Shown one piece after another: positions 8,481 to 18,457 of a stretch of DNA of 64,000 nucleotides. Positions within the stretch are counted from its first letter, which is position 1, and each line of letters starts with the position of its first letter. The position numbers were made by a program, and so were the translations under genes. Source of the DNA: a virus (lineage: Duplodnaviria > Caudoviricetes); IMG/VR virus record IMGVR_UViG_3300010885_031309. One strand, 5' to 3'. The notes below the pieces were generated by a model, which ran no database searches, was not told the DNA's origin, and was given only the letters and a program-made list of their open reading frames with translations.

Positions 8481-10226
8481 ATGAACATATTAGAAGTTAC
8501 ACAACAAGATACTGTTACATTACAAGACTTATATGGCGGAAATTACCCAGACGATACTGAGTTATTTTGGCAATTCGTAACTCCTGGTGACTTAACTGTT
8601 CCGTTGACAATAGAGCGACTAAGTTCACACAAAATTAAATCAATATTTGAAATTCAATATCATGTTGATGACATAGAAGATTTATTGTTTCGTCTGCGAG
8701 ATGAACAAAAAGAAACACTAGCACAGTATAGAGCAAGTACGCAGCTTGCTAATAGCATAGTAATTATTGCTGCTGGAAAAATCATTGACGGCAATCATAG
8801 AGCGTTGGCGGCAGCATTAAACAACATGTCTATCAGAGCCGTTGATTTATCCGAATTAGATGAAACAAGAACGGATGAAATGTTGAATGAATTAAACTTC
8901 AATAAATCGGTTCAATACACTAGAGACGCAAAACCCAAATCTCCCATGATATCAGATGAGATTAGCTTTACGGCAGAAATTCCAATCAATGATGTGATCA
9001 CTGATAAATTAAATGTTGTTTTTGATGTCTATAATGTCTACAAAAAAGAAAAAGCATTGGAAATATCATTTTCCGTCAATGATGACTGGGAGCCTACTGG
9101 TCGTGGAAACTTTGTGTTGATATTATCAACTGTAAAGTCTATAGTTTCTAATGAATTGCCAAAAATATTGAATGCTGATCAGCAAATTGTAAGACTTGTT
9201 TTTACTGCCGCTCGTGACCAGTCAGGAAGAGTAAAACACTATCGCAACACTGTTGTTCCATTTATCACCACTCTTCTAAACAAAACAAATAACACTGGTG
9301 GTTGGGTATACAGTGAAGATAATAAATCTGAACTACACAATATTCGGTTTGTATGGGAAAAAAACGCACAGCAAATTCCAGTGGATGAAATGGCAATGAA
9401 AAGTTACACACCACTCGGTGATTTTAGTGCACCGGGACCATTCAAAGACCCAGATTACAAATTGGTAGTTCATCCTACACACATTAAGAAGGTTGAAAGC
9501 TTCTTTAAGAACACCAACCAAGATTTTAGATTTTTCGTATCCAACTTACCTAAATTAAGAAAATATCGCGAGAGTGGAGAAGCAACCGCAGAAGAACTGG
9601 AAAAAATATTTGGACCAAAAATCTCACAGCAAATACTACAAGGGTCAGATGAAGCCATAACAGTAGTGTTTATGGGCAACTATGGTCTTAATAGAGTTAT
9701 GATGACTCCCTGGACTATGGCACATAGAATAGGACATGCCATCGCCGCCAGTGACGGTTATGGTACTAATACTCAGAGATCTATTCCAGAATGGCCAAGA
9801 TTGCGAGATGAATTCAGAAAGAGCACAGAAAAAATACTATCAACTTATTATGGAGTCTATTCTTCTATTATGCCATATGGCCGTTATTCTTATATTGAAG
9901 ATGCTAAAAGAGCATTGTATTACGGGCTTGGCACAACAAAGTCAAGTAGAGAACGCAACTTAAACACTTCAACTGAATTTATATATGAACAGTTAGCTCT
10001 TTTTATTTTAAAGGGCACTGTAGTTCTGAATCCGCTGCCAGTGAGCGTTGGGTACGGTCGTGTAGTAGGATGGAAGAACAAATCATACGAAAAGTATTTG
10101 AACATTAAATCAGAATTTCGCGATGAACCAGCGAGACAGCAAGCATCACAAAAATTAGCACATGAGTTGAACGGTTTACTGAACGATTTCTTATGGGCTG
10201 CTGTTGGTCGTGTGTTCATTATGTAA
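8481..10226 (+). CDS. Polyprotein: ParB/Srx-like + GNAT-like + HRxGH zincin-like domains
   Basis: IIDGNHRALAA; TGRGNFVLILSTV...FTA...R..HY; WTMAHRIGHA...EFIYE. Confidence 0.75.
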   Translation: MNILEVTQQDTVTLQDLYGGNYPDDTELFWQFVTPGDLTVPLTIERLSSHKIKSIFEIQYHVDDIEDLLFRLRDEQKETLAQYRASTQLANSIVIIAAGKIIDGNHRALAAALNNMSIRAVDLSELDETRTDEMLNELNFNKSVQYTRDAKPKSPMISDEISFTAEIPINDVITDKLNVVFDVYNVYKKEKALEISFSVNDDWEPTGRGNFVLILSTVKSIVSNELPKILNADQQIVRLVFTAARDQSGRVKHYRNTVVPFITTLLNKTNNTGGWVYSEDNKSELHNIRFVWEKNAQQIPVDEMAMKSYTPLGDFSAPGPFKDPDYKLVVHPTHIKKVESFFKNTNQDFRFFVSNLPKLRKYRESGEATAEELEKIFGPKISQQILQGSDEAITVVFMGNYGLNRVMMTPWTMAHRIGHAIAASDGYGTNTQRSIPEWPRLRDEFRKSTEKILSTYYGVYSSIMPYGRYSYIEDAKRALYYGLGTTKSSRERNLNTSTEFIYEQLALFILKGTVVLNPLPVSVGYGRVVGWKNKSYEKYLNIKSEFRDEPARQQASQKLAHELNGLLNDFLWAAVGRVFIM

Positions 10227-10240
10227 ACTAAATAGCTATT

Positions 10241-12784
10241 ATGAAAACTAATGAGATAACTTTAACAGAAGCAGCAATGAATCCAAGTGAGTTCGGGAAT
10301 GCTATTGCTCAGTCGGAGAATATGGGTGTACTTGTGGGATTTGAGTTTGAGTTTTGTTTTCCTAAAAATAAAATACAGGAACTTTTCTTATCTAAAGTTG
10401 GCGACTCAATTGATAAACAAGTCAGATATATACTTTCAATAAAATTAATTCGCGATAACGTAGCTAAATTAGACATAATATCTTTTTCCAAAATTATTAC
10501 TTCTGTAGATAAAAAACCCACACTTGAAGTGTATAAGAATTATATTGATAGTGTTTTATCTTCATTTATAAATGAGTACAATAAAACTACCGCAGAATTA
10601 TTGAAGCTGATAAATGGTGCAATTTATAATAAATACGATATAAACAATGTAGTATCATTGGGTGCAAAATTCAAATGGCTAAACCCAATACTTCAATTAG
10701 AGCATAGAAAACAAGAAATTCAATATATTGCATTGCTATCTGATATTATCAGATCAAATCTGCTTGATACTATTTTTGTGCAGAAAATTAATGCTAAAAA
10801 TTTAAATTTTAAAAATCAAGCAAGAAAATTAGCAGACGCGGCAAGATTTGCACTTTCATTACTGAAAACAGCGGACTTCATAACAGCGATAGAGCGTGAA
10901 TTTGGTAATGTCAGTGACGACGATTATGCAGACAATTATACGATTGATCATAAAGGGTTGCAATCAGAATTTCGTGTTACTAGTTTCTCTGAACTTATCA
11001 AAAACCCAGGATGGTATGAAATGGGCGCAGTAATGAAGATGTTGTGCGAAAAATATCTAAATACGAAACCAATATTGTTTAATTCCTACCATGAACGTAA
11101 AAAAGATAGTACACATTGGTATATAGAACCTGATGGTAGTTTACGACCAACTAGCGAAGAAATATCATTGGAGTTTGTTAGCCCTCCAATGAAGCCGCGT
11201 GATGCTATACAGGCACTGCAAATTTTTTATCAAATGGCCAGTGATTATGAATTCAGAACGTCCAAAGAAAGAAAAACTGGATGTCACATAAACGTAAGCA
11301 TTCCTGATAAAATAGATTTGATGAAGTTAGCACTATTTACTGGCGATCAATATATTCTACAGCAGTTTGGTCGCGAGAACAATTCATATGCTCGTAGTGT
11401 TTATGCTGAGCTAAAGTCAAAAAAAATTAGTTCTGCGCTATATTCTATTGACGATAAGTTCACTTTGAAAACTATTGCTGACATAGCAGAAAGGACCATG
11501 GATTCTCATTCTGCCAGTATAAGTGCAGAATCTGATAAAAAATTCATAAGCTTTCGTGGAGTAGGTAGTGATTACTTATCGCAATTTCAAAATGTGGTCA
11601 ACGCTAGTGCTAGATTCGTGCGATCAATGATGATAGCCAGTGATCCTACTCTTTATAGAGACGACTATCTCAAAAAACTTTATACATTATTGAAGAAATA
11701 TCCATCTACAACAACATCGGCGCAGCGTACACGAAAAAAAGTTGAACGAATTAGAACTCTGCGTAATACTATCGAGAGTGAAGGAATTCCAGTTCTAATA
11801 ATAGATGCTTATGTTAGAGATGGAGCTAAAAAGCTCAAAGACGCATTTACATCAGACAGTTCATTTTTATATAACCTAATTCCAGGTAATACCAAAACCA
11901 ATGTTGGATTTATTGTTCAAGTAGATAAAAAACAAGAGGTCATTGACAATTTGATATCTGCTATTAGTACTAATCAGAATGACGTTAAATATTATAATTC
12001 ACCATGGGACAAAGATGAGACAGTAACTGCCATAACAAATAGTGCTGATGGTGTTTATCGTGTAATTTTTTATCCAAAAACTATGCTTGGGTACAACCAA
12101 TTTAGGAAGAGACTACAAAAAGGTCCGGACAAATCACTAAATCATATACGAGTTCAGATGCCAGGATCCTCTATCATGCGATATTATGGGTGGAGACTAA
12201 ATTCATTTAGTATGATGCCTGGCAGTAGTGAATTTGCTACTAAGCTGACTGCTAATATCAAAGCAGAAATTGGAAATGTACTAGATGATCTGAAAAAAAC
12301 CAAAACCAGAAGGCGAAAGCTTCCGGAATCTGTGAGCAAAGCACCCATATACTATTTTGCGTATGGAATGCTAACTAGCGACAGAATAATGAATCAATAT
12401 GCTGCCAATAAAATTGGATCAGCAGCGTTGTCTGGATATAAATTTGAATTACTTGGACATGCCAATGTGATTAGAGATAATCAACATACATGTCAGGGTG
12501 TGTTGTGGCAAATTGACGCAGAAACATTACAAGAGTTGGATGCATTAGAAGGATATCCCGACTACTATACCAGAAAAAAGGTTCGCGTCGTTAGCAAAAA
12601 CAAAACATATAACGCCTGGGTATACACTATGACTGACTCTAGTAGAGCAAATTCATATGAACACGGACATCCATCTAATAATTATGTTAATACCATTGCT
12701 GCTGGGTATCGTAGTGCTGGAATGTCATTCAATCAATTGAACGCGGCAATAAGAGAACTAAACAGTAGATTTGAAGAACAATGA
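10241..12784 (+). CDS. Putative amidoligase (COOH-NH2 ligase type 2) fused to gamma-glutamylcyclotransferase
   Basis: GFEFEF, EPDGSL, LEFVSPP, TGCHINVS; C-terminal YYFAYG...LDALEGYPDYYTR; MKTNEITLTE leader. Confidence 0.8.
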   Translation: MKTNEITLTEAAMNPSEFGNAIAQSENMGVLVGFEFEFCFPKNKIQELFLSKVGDSIDKQVRYILSIKLIRDNVAKLDIISFSKIITSVDKKPTLEVYKNYIDSVLSSFINEYNKTTAELLKLINGAIYNKYDINNVVSLGAKFKWLNPILQLEHRKQEIQYIALLSDIIRSNLLDTIFVQKINAKNLNFKNQARKLADAARFALSLLKTADFITAIEREFGNVSDDDYADNYTIDHKGLQSEFRVTSFSELIKNPGWYEMGAVMKMLCEKYLNTKPILFNSYHERKKDSTHWYIEPDGSLRPTSEEISLEFVSPPMKPRDAIQALQIFYQMASDYEFRTSKERKTGCHINVSIPDKIDLMKLALFTGDQYILQQFGRENNSYARSVYAELKSKKISSALYSIDDKFTLKTIADIAERTMDSHSASISAESDKKFISFRGVGSDYLSQFQNVVNASARFVRSMMIASDPTLYRDDYLKKLYTLLKKYPSTTTSAQRTRKKVERIRTLRNTIESEGIPVLIIDAYVRDGAKKLKDAFTSDSSFLYNLIPGNTKTNVGFIVQVDKKQEVIDNLISAISTNQNDVKYYNSPWDKDETVTAITNSADGVYRVIFYPKTMLGYNQFRKRLQKGPDKSLNHIRVQMPGSSIMRYYGWRLNSFSMMPGSSEFATKLTANIKAEIGNVLDDLKKTKTRRRKLPESVSKAPIYYFAYGMLTSDRIMNQYAANKIGSAALSGYKFELLGHANVIRDNQHTCQGVLWQIDAETLQELDALEGYPDYYTRKKVRVVSKNKTYNAWVYTMTDSSRANSYEHGHPSNNYVNTIAAGYRSAGMSFNQLNAAIRELNSRFEEQ

Positions 12785-13506
12785 AAACAAAAGAAATAAT
12801 TTCAGAAGTTAAACTGCCAGCGACACTTCGGAGTATTCTTTATAACAAGGGATATAAATTTCTTGGAGCTGGAGTTGAACACAGTGTGTGGCAGGGTCCA
12901 GACAACTATGTTTACAAAATATTGCCTCCGCGATTTATCAAGGAAGAAACAGCAAAAGAACTTCACTTTGGCAGTCTAAGCCCAGAAGACTTGTACATGA
13001 CAGCATCTCAGCGTTGTTTTATCAGTTGGGTTGAGTATTGTCAACAACATCAATCAAATAATTTCTTGCCATTTTTTGACGACTGGCAACCATTCACGCA
13101 CAAGTTTATTCGCAACGACAAAACTTACTACTACATGTATATACAGTGTAGAACAGAAAGATTATTTCAGTTGTCACTAGAATGGAGCAGAGCATTACAA
13201 GAATTGGCACATGATATTACAGTTGGAAAACTACCCAAAGATCGTTTATATGATAGATTAAAATATGATTTATACGATCAGCGAGTATACGAGGTAATTA
13301 GTCATATGGGAGCAAAAGAGACAGGCATATTCTATGACACGATAGTTGAACTAGAACAGATAGCAAAAACCAACAGTTATAGACTTGATCTACACGGTGA
13401 TAATTTTATGTTGGGCAGCGATGGACATATAGTAATCAATGATCCATTTTTTATTAGATACAGCAATGCTTCTACTCTTGGAACAAATTATTTTAATATG
13501 AGCTAA
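12781..13506 (+). CDS. Protein-kinase-like (APH/PK fold) enzyme with leader
   Basis: LGAGVEHSV...VYKI...DLHGDNFM...IVINDP; MKTKEIISE leader. Confidence 0.75.
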   Translation: MKTKEIISEVKLPATLRSILYNKGYKFLGAGVEHSVWQGPDNYVYKILPPRFIKEETAKELHFGSLSPEDLYMTASQRCFISWVEYCQQHQSNNFLPFFDDWQPFTHKFIRNDKTYYYMYIQCRTERLFQLSLEWSRALQELAHDITVGKLPKDRLYDRLKYDLYDQRVYEVISHMGAKETGIFYDTIVELEQIAKTNSYRLDLHGDNFMLGSDGHIVINDPFFIRYSNASTLGTNYFNMS

Positions 13507-13557
13507 TGTGGATTTATATAGAGTTAAACAGTTAATTCAGACAAAAGGGACAACACA

Positions 13558-14472
13558 ATGAAGATCAGCGATTTTCGTATTCACAGCACTGACAAGTTAG
13601 ACGCCATGCTAGCCGAGTGTGTCAGCTTGATACTTGAGCATCAACAACAGGACAGTAAACATTGGGGCATGGTTGCCGCATGTGTATTGGATATGGACAA
13701 TCGCGTCGTGTATGGAGTTAATCATGCCATGCCAGATGGCACCCGCAAACACGCAGAACGAGTGGCTATTGACAACTACCGTGAACAATATGGATCAAAT
13801 CTGGAACATTGTATTGTAATAACTACACTGAGTCCGTGTAGCGAAGATATGGATGAACGACATGGTGATAGTTGCACCAATTTAATCAATGAAGTTGGAA
13901 TTCACAAAGTCTATTGTGGTTATAAAGATCCAAGTCAGCAACACAGTGATGCGTATTTACACAAGCACTTTCATGTTAAATCTACTCGCAATCCAAAATT
14001 GAATGAACTCTGTAAGAAACTGGCAGACACATTTTTAAAATCGGACGACGAGCAATTGACTGAAAATTTTCCTGGAAAAAATAAAAACAATATATACACT
14101 TTATTAGTAAACAGTGTTGGAGCTGGCCCATTTGATGGCGGATGCGTTATTTTTGCCAGAGCACTACAAATGATTTATGGTGGAGAGATAGTGGCATTGA
14201 TTGGATATGCACAGAGTTCTGTTGCATCCAAAAATCCAACTGCACAACATGCTGCACTGTTAGTTGACGGTCGTATGATAGATGCGGACGGAATCAAGTC
14301 ACAAGACGAGTTTGTTCGTAATTTTGAAAATAATGAATTAAAACATGTGGGTGGAAAAATAATCGGAATAAGACCACTGCACAATTCGGATCTATCAGAA
14401 GCACCTCGTGACGAACAACTATCGGCAAAAATATCCAAACTTTTAAAGTCCTCTAGTGCCAAAATAAGTTGA
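13558..14472 (+). CDS. Zn-dependent deaminase fused to a papain/transglutaminase-like domain
   Basis: HAE...LSPC...SC deaminase motif; GGCVIFARAL...QHAAL...IDADG Cys-His-Asp pattern after EQLTE. Confidence 0.7.
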   Translation: MKISDFRIHSTDKLDAMLAECVSLILEHQQQDSKHWGMVAACVLDMDNRVVYGVNHAMPDGTRKHAERVAIDNYREQYGSNLEHCIVITTLSPCSEDMDERHGDSCTNLINEVGIHKVYCGYKDPSQQHSDAYLHKHFHVKSTRNPKLNELCKKLADTFLKSDDEQLTENFPGKNKNNIYTLLVNSVGAGPFDGGCVIFARALQMIYGGEIVALIGYAQSSVASKNPTAQHAALLVDGRMIDADGIKSQDEFVRNFENNELKHVGGKIIGIRPLHNSDLSEAPRDEQLSAKISKLLKSSSAKIS

Positions 14473-14525
14473 CATTTTACGCAAGTGTAGTAAGATACAT
14501 ATTTATCTATCTACAAGGAGTAATA

Positions 14526-14807
14526 ATGTCTGATACCGAAAGTTTTGATACCCCAGTAACCTTTAGCGGTGACCAAAAGAAGAAGCTAACACAGGTAATT
14601 AACGAAGGCATGCAGGTTCTACACGAGGTAGACACTCTAAATGAGGGTCTAAGTGAAACCATTAAGGCAATTGCCGAAGAACTAAACATCAAGTCATCTG
14701 TGCTAAAACGGGCAATCAAAATCGCTCACAAGGCAGAATTTCATAAATCACAAAAAGAACAAGAATTGTTGGAAACCATTCTAACTACGGCTGGAAAAAC
14801 TCTGTAA
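14526..14807 (+). CDS. T4 DsbA-like small dsDNA-binding protein
   Basis: AGGAG then ATG at 14526; IKAIAEELNIKSSVLKRAIKIAHK helical pattern; upstream of DNA polymerase. Confidence 0.5.
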   Translation: MSDTESFDTPVTFSGDQKKKLTQVINEGMQVLHEVDTLNEGLSETIKAIAEELNIKSSVLKRAIKIAHKAEFHKSQKEQELLETILTTAGKTL

Positions 14808-15073
14808 TGAGCAGCAGCATTCAAGCCATTCACGACGACGAAGCTCAATGGGCCTACATTCGTCGTGTGGCAAACATTCCTGAAGTGTCATGGAGTGTTT
14901 ATAGCAGAGAGGCGACCGTTGCAAAACAGGGTTATACTGAACATGTTTATACCGGTAAACAGCTTAAGCTGTATGTCAAGCAACAGTGTGAATTGAATGA
15001 CTTGAAGCAGCGCCATTCCGCTGAATGGAAAGAACTTGCACTACTACTTGATTTGGAGAACAAATACGGATGA
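14807..15073 (+). CDS. Hypothetical protein
   Basis: Coupled ORF overlapping the polymerase start. Confidence 0.6.
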   Translation: MSSSIQAIHDDEAQWAYIRRVANIPEVSWSVYSREATVAKQGYTEHVYTGKQLKLYVKQQCELNDLKQRHSAEWKELALLLDLENKYG

Positions 15074-17268
15074 GTTATGTTGATGCTATTTTTGATCGCG
15101 AACGAGATACTATTCATGTAGTAGAGCGGTCGCACAACGGTCAGCGACTGTATCAACAGTATCCGGCTAACTATGTTTTTTATTATGATGATCCCAAAGG
15201 AAAGTTTCGTAATCTAAATCACGAGCCAGTAAGTCGCTTTAGTACCCGTAAGCGCGGTGAGTTCATAAAAGAACTTAAGATACACAGTGGAAAACGCAAA
15301 TATGAAAGTGATTTGAATCCAGTATTTCGTTGTTTGGCTGATAACTATTTGGATGCCGAACCTCCGAAACTGCACACTGTATTCTTTGACATTGAAACCG
15401 GCTTCAATCCAGATCGCGGGTTCGCACCAATCACTGATCCATTCAATCCAGTGACAGCAATCTCACTGTATTTGGATTGGCTACAGCAATTGGTTACACT
15501 GTGTATTCCTCCGCGACACATGTCATCTGAAACAGCGCAAGAGATAGCATCTCAATTTGAAAACACATTTGTGTTTGACAATGAAGTAGACATGTTCAAT
15601 GTGTTCTTTGACTTGATAGAAGATGCTGATGCTCTTAGTGGCTGGAATAGCAGTGGATACGATATTCCCTACATGGTTAATCGTGTCACGCGAGTTATGA
15701 GCAAAGATGATACGCGAAGATTTTGTTTGTTAAATCAGTTACCAAAGCTACGCAAGTATATTATGTTTGATCAGGAACAGGAAACATATGATTTAAGTGG
15801 CCGAATTCATATGGACTACTTGGAGTTGTATAAGAAATACAATTACGAAAGTCGTCATAGCTACAAGCTGGACTTTATTGGAGAAATGGAAGTTGGCGAG
15901 AAAAAGGTTCAATACGAGGGAACATTGGATCAGTTGTATAACAAGGATTGGAAAAAATTCTTAGAATACAACCGCCAAGACACCTTGTTGTTGTTTAAGA
16001 TCCATGATAAACTAAAGTTCTTGGATCTTGCCAACAGTATTGCTCATCAGAACACAGTGCTATTACAAACCGTAATGGGCAGTGTAGTAATGATTGAGCA
16101 AGCAATTATTAATGAAGCACATGCTCGTGGATTAGTAGTACCAGATAAAAGGAAAATTAATGAAGATACAGAACCAACAGCAGCCGGTGCCTATGTTGCT
16201 ACGCCCAAAAGGGGCATGCACGAGTGGATCGCGGCGGTTGACATCAACAGTCTCTACCCATCGGCTATCCGCGCTCTTAACATGGCACCGGAAACCATCG
16301 TTGGACAACTCAGACCCACTCTTACAGACAAATACATCGCAGACAAATTAGCCACTGGATTAGAATTCGCGCATGCTTGGGAAGGTTTGTTTGGAACACT
16401 AGAGTACTCTAGTGTAATCAACCAAGAGCGTGGAACAATGATTACCATAGATTGGGAGCGTGGTGGTAGCGAAACTGCCAGTGCGGCCGAAATCTGGAAG
16501 TTAATCTTTGACAGCAATCAACCATGGATGTTAAGTGCTAATGGTACTATATTCACTTACGAGCGCGAGGGTATTATTCCTGGATTGCTTACTAAGTGGT
16601 ACACTGAGCGTAAAGAGATTCAAAAGCAACTTAAAGAAGCAAAGAACGAAGAAGAGCGACAGTTTTATGACAAGCGACAACTGGTAAGAAAGATCCTCTT
16701 AAATTCAGCCTACGGAGCACTGCTTAACATTCACTGCCGGTTCTATGATATCAGAATTGGACAAAGCACTACTCTGTGTGGGCGTCAAATCGTAAAACAT
16801 ATGGGCTCTCATTTAAATGAGCAGATTACTGGGAATTACGATCATAATGGCGAAGCTATTATATACGGCGACAGCGTAACTGGAGACACAATTATTAGAA
16901 CAAGTGATGGTGATATGTCTATAGCTGATTTATTTGATCGGTGTATTGAACATGTTAAAGTTGGTGAAAAAGAATATGGAGTATGGAATGAAACTAAAGT
17001 ATTAGGATTCAATTCGGAATATATGGAAAAAATTGCTGCGCCACTAAACTGCGTAATGAGACATAAAACAAAAAAGAAGTTGTATAAAATTACTACTGCT
17101 AACGGAAAAACAGTAACTGTCACTGAAGATCATAGTGTAATGATTGATCGTGATGGATTTTTGATTGAATGTAAACCAACTGAAATTCTAGAAAATGATT
17201 TAATTATTACACTTTCATCAAAAAATTTCTGGAAACAGAACGGCGGCAGAGGTGTGGAAAAAAGATAG
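15070..17268 (+). CDS. Family B DNA polymerase, N-terminal fragment, fused to the N-half of a split intein
   Basis: Exonuclease FFDIET, GWNS.GYDIPY, YN.QD; motif A VDINSLYPS; motif B KILLNSAYG; ends at YGD|S. Confidence 0.95.
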   Translation: MSYVDAIFDRERDTIHVVERSHNGQRLYQQYPANYVFYYDDPKGKFRNLNHEPVSRFSTRKRGEFIKELKIHSGKRKYESDLNPVFRCLADNYLDAEPPKLHTVFFDIETGFNPDRGFAPITDPFNPVTAISLYLDWLQQLVTLCIPPRHMSSETAQEIASQFENTFVFDNEVDMFNVFFDLIEDADALSGWNSSGYDIPYMVNRVTRVMSKDDTRRFCLLNQLPKLRKYIMFDQEQETYDLSGRIHMDYLELYKKYNYESRHSYKLDFIGEMEVGEKKVQYEGTLDQLYNKDWKKFLEYNRQDTLLLFKIHDKLKFLDLANSIAHQNTVLLQTVMGSVVMIEQAIINEAHARGLVVPDKRKINEDTEPTAAGAYVATPKRGMHEWIAAVDINSLYPSAIRALNMAPETIVGQLRPTLTDKYIADKLATGLEFAHAWEGLFGTLEYSSVINQERGTMITIDWERGGSETASAAEIWKLIFDSNQPWMLSANGTIFTYEREGIIPGLLTKWYTERKEIQKQLKEAKNEEERQFYDKRQLVRKILLNSAYGALLNIHCRFYDIRIGQSTTLCGRQIVKHMGSHLNEQITGNYDHNGEAIIYGDSVTGDTIIRTSDGDMSIADLFDRCIEHVKVGEKEYGVWNETKVLGFNSEYMEKIAAPLNCVMRHKTKKKLYKITTANGKTVTVTEDHSVMIDRDGFLIECKPTEILENDLIITLSSKNFWKQNGGRGVEKR
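16873..17268 (+). mobile_element. Split intein N-fragment (Ser1), Pol-c site
   Basis: SVTGDT after YGD; block B TVTEDHSV; HINT-like end KPTEILENDLIITL plus 17 extra residues. Confidence 0.9.
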
Positions 17269-17395
17269 ATTAAAGATTAAAACAGCAGAAAATTATGGAT
17301 TTAGAGTATTAGTTGTATGGGAATCGGATTTTAGAAAAGACAAGAACAAAACAATTGAAAAGGTGACAGAATGGATTGTGAATGGACAAAAGTAA
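17204..17395 (+). pseudogene. C-terminal remnant of a Vsr-like homing endonuclease
   Basis: Alternative frame, no start codon: HFHQKISGNRTAAEVWKKDRLKIKTAENYGFRVLVVWESDFRKDKNKTIEKVTEWIVNGQK*. Confidence 0.75.
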
Positions 17396-17496
17396 GTAAA
17401 ATAGAATGTTTAGGAGAAGTAGATGATTATGTATACGATATAAGTATAGAAGAACAGGATCCGTTCTTTTTTGCTAATGATATTTTAGTACATAAC
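17371..17496 (+). mobile_element. Split intein C-fragment (42 aa, ends HN, +1 Thr)
   Basis: MDCEW...YVYDISIE...FFANDILVHN|TDS; own AAGGTGA ribosome-binding site. Confidence 0.9.
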
Positions 17497-18390
17497 ACCG
17501 ATAGCTGCTATTTCAGTGCATGGCCAACTTTGAGCAAGGATGAAAACTTCATGAAATCTTGGAACAAAGATGTGGCTGTTAATATCTATGATCAACTTGC
17601 AGAAAATACAAATCTCAGCTTTCCAGAATTTATGGAGCGAGCGTTTCATTGTCCGCGAAAGAGTGGAGCGATCATTAAAGCTGGACGAGAGCTAGTAGCA
17701 GATCGTGGTTTGTTTATTACAAAAAAGCGTTATGCCGTTAACATCTATGACAAAGAGGGAGACAGACTTGATTTGTACGATGAGAAGCGGGCAGCAAAAA
17801 AGGGTGTAATATCGGGCATGGGTAAAATCAAGGCAATGGGTCTTGATCTAAAACGCGCCGACACTCCCAAGTATATTCAGAATTTCTTGATGAATGTGTT
17901 GATTGATGTTCTTCGTGGACATGAACGACAAGCGATTGTTGATAAAATTGTTCAGTTCAAAACAGAATTAGAGAAGCAACCAAGTTGGACCATGGGAAGT
18001 CCCAAGGGCGTTAACAAGCTAACCTGGTATGGCGAACAGCAGGAAAAATCCGATAAAAAGATAAACATGCCCGGGCATGTTCGTGCTAGCTTAAATTGGA
18101 ATTATCTAAGAACACTCAATAACGATAATCACAGTCAAAAAATTGTAGATGGTATGAAAATAGTTGTGTGCAAGCTAAAAGACAATCTATTGGGAATGAC
18201 TAGCATAGCATATCCAACAGATGAATTGCGATTGCCACAGTGGTTCTTAGAATTGCCATTTGACGATAAAGACATGATTAATACATTGGTTGATGAAAAG
18301 ATTAATAATCTTATTGGAGTGTTAAATTGGAAAATTTCCAACGACATTAACATCAACAGTACATTTAACAGCTTGTTTACATTCAGTTAA
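17371..18390 (+). CDS. Family B DNA polymerase, C-terminal fragment, fused to the intein C-half
   Basis: TDSCYF completes YGDTDS; KKRYAV, KAMGLDLKRADTP. Confidence 0.95.
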   Translation: MDCEWTKVSKIECLGEVDDYVYDISIEEQDPFFFANDILVHNTDSCYFSAWPTLSKDENFMKSWNKDVAVNIYDQLAENTNLSFPEFMERAFHCPRKSGAIIKAGRELVADRGLFITKKRYAVNIYDKEGDRLDLYDEKRAAKKGVISGMGKIKAMGLDLKRADTPKYIQNFLMNVLIDVLRGHERQAIVDKIVQFKTELEKQPSWTMGSPKGVNKLTWYGEQQEKSDKKINMPGHVRASLNWNYLRTLNNDNHSQKIVDGMKIVVCKLKDNLLGMTSIAYPTDELRLPQWFLELPFDDKDMINTLVDEKINNLIGVLNWKISNDININSTFNSLFTFS

Positions 18391-18407
18391 TTTGGATACA
18401 CTCACGG

Positions 18408-18436
18408 TTGACTTGTGTAACACATCGCACTATAAT
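18408..18436 (+). promoter_or_regulatory. Sigma70-type promoter
   Basis: TTGACT-17 nt-TATAAT upstream of 18458. Confidence 0.7.
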
Positions 18437-18457
18437 TTAACACATTAAGGAAAAAAC

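Noticed and set aside
17200-17400. Polymerase break as a sequencing error, programmed frameshift or group I intron
   Set aside because: Both halves are in the same frame with five stops between them. The downstream half has its own ribosome-binding site and a complete intein C-terminal motif. The gap is too short for an intron core and encodes an endonuclease remnant.
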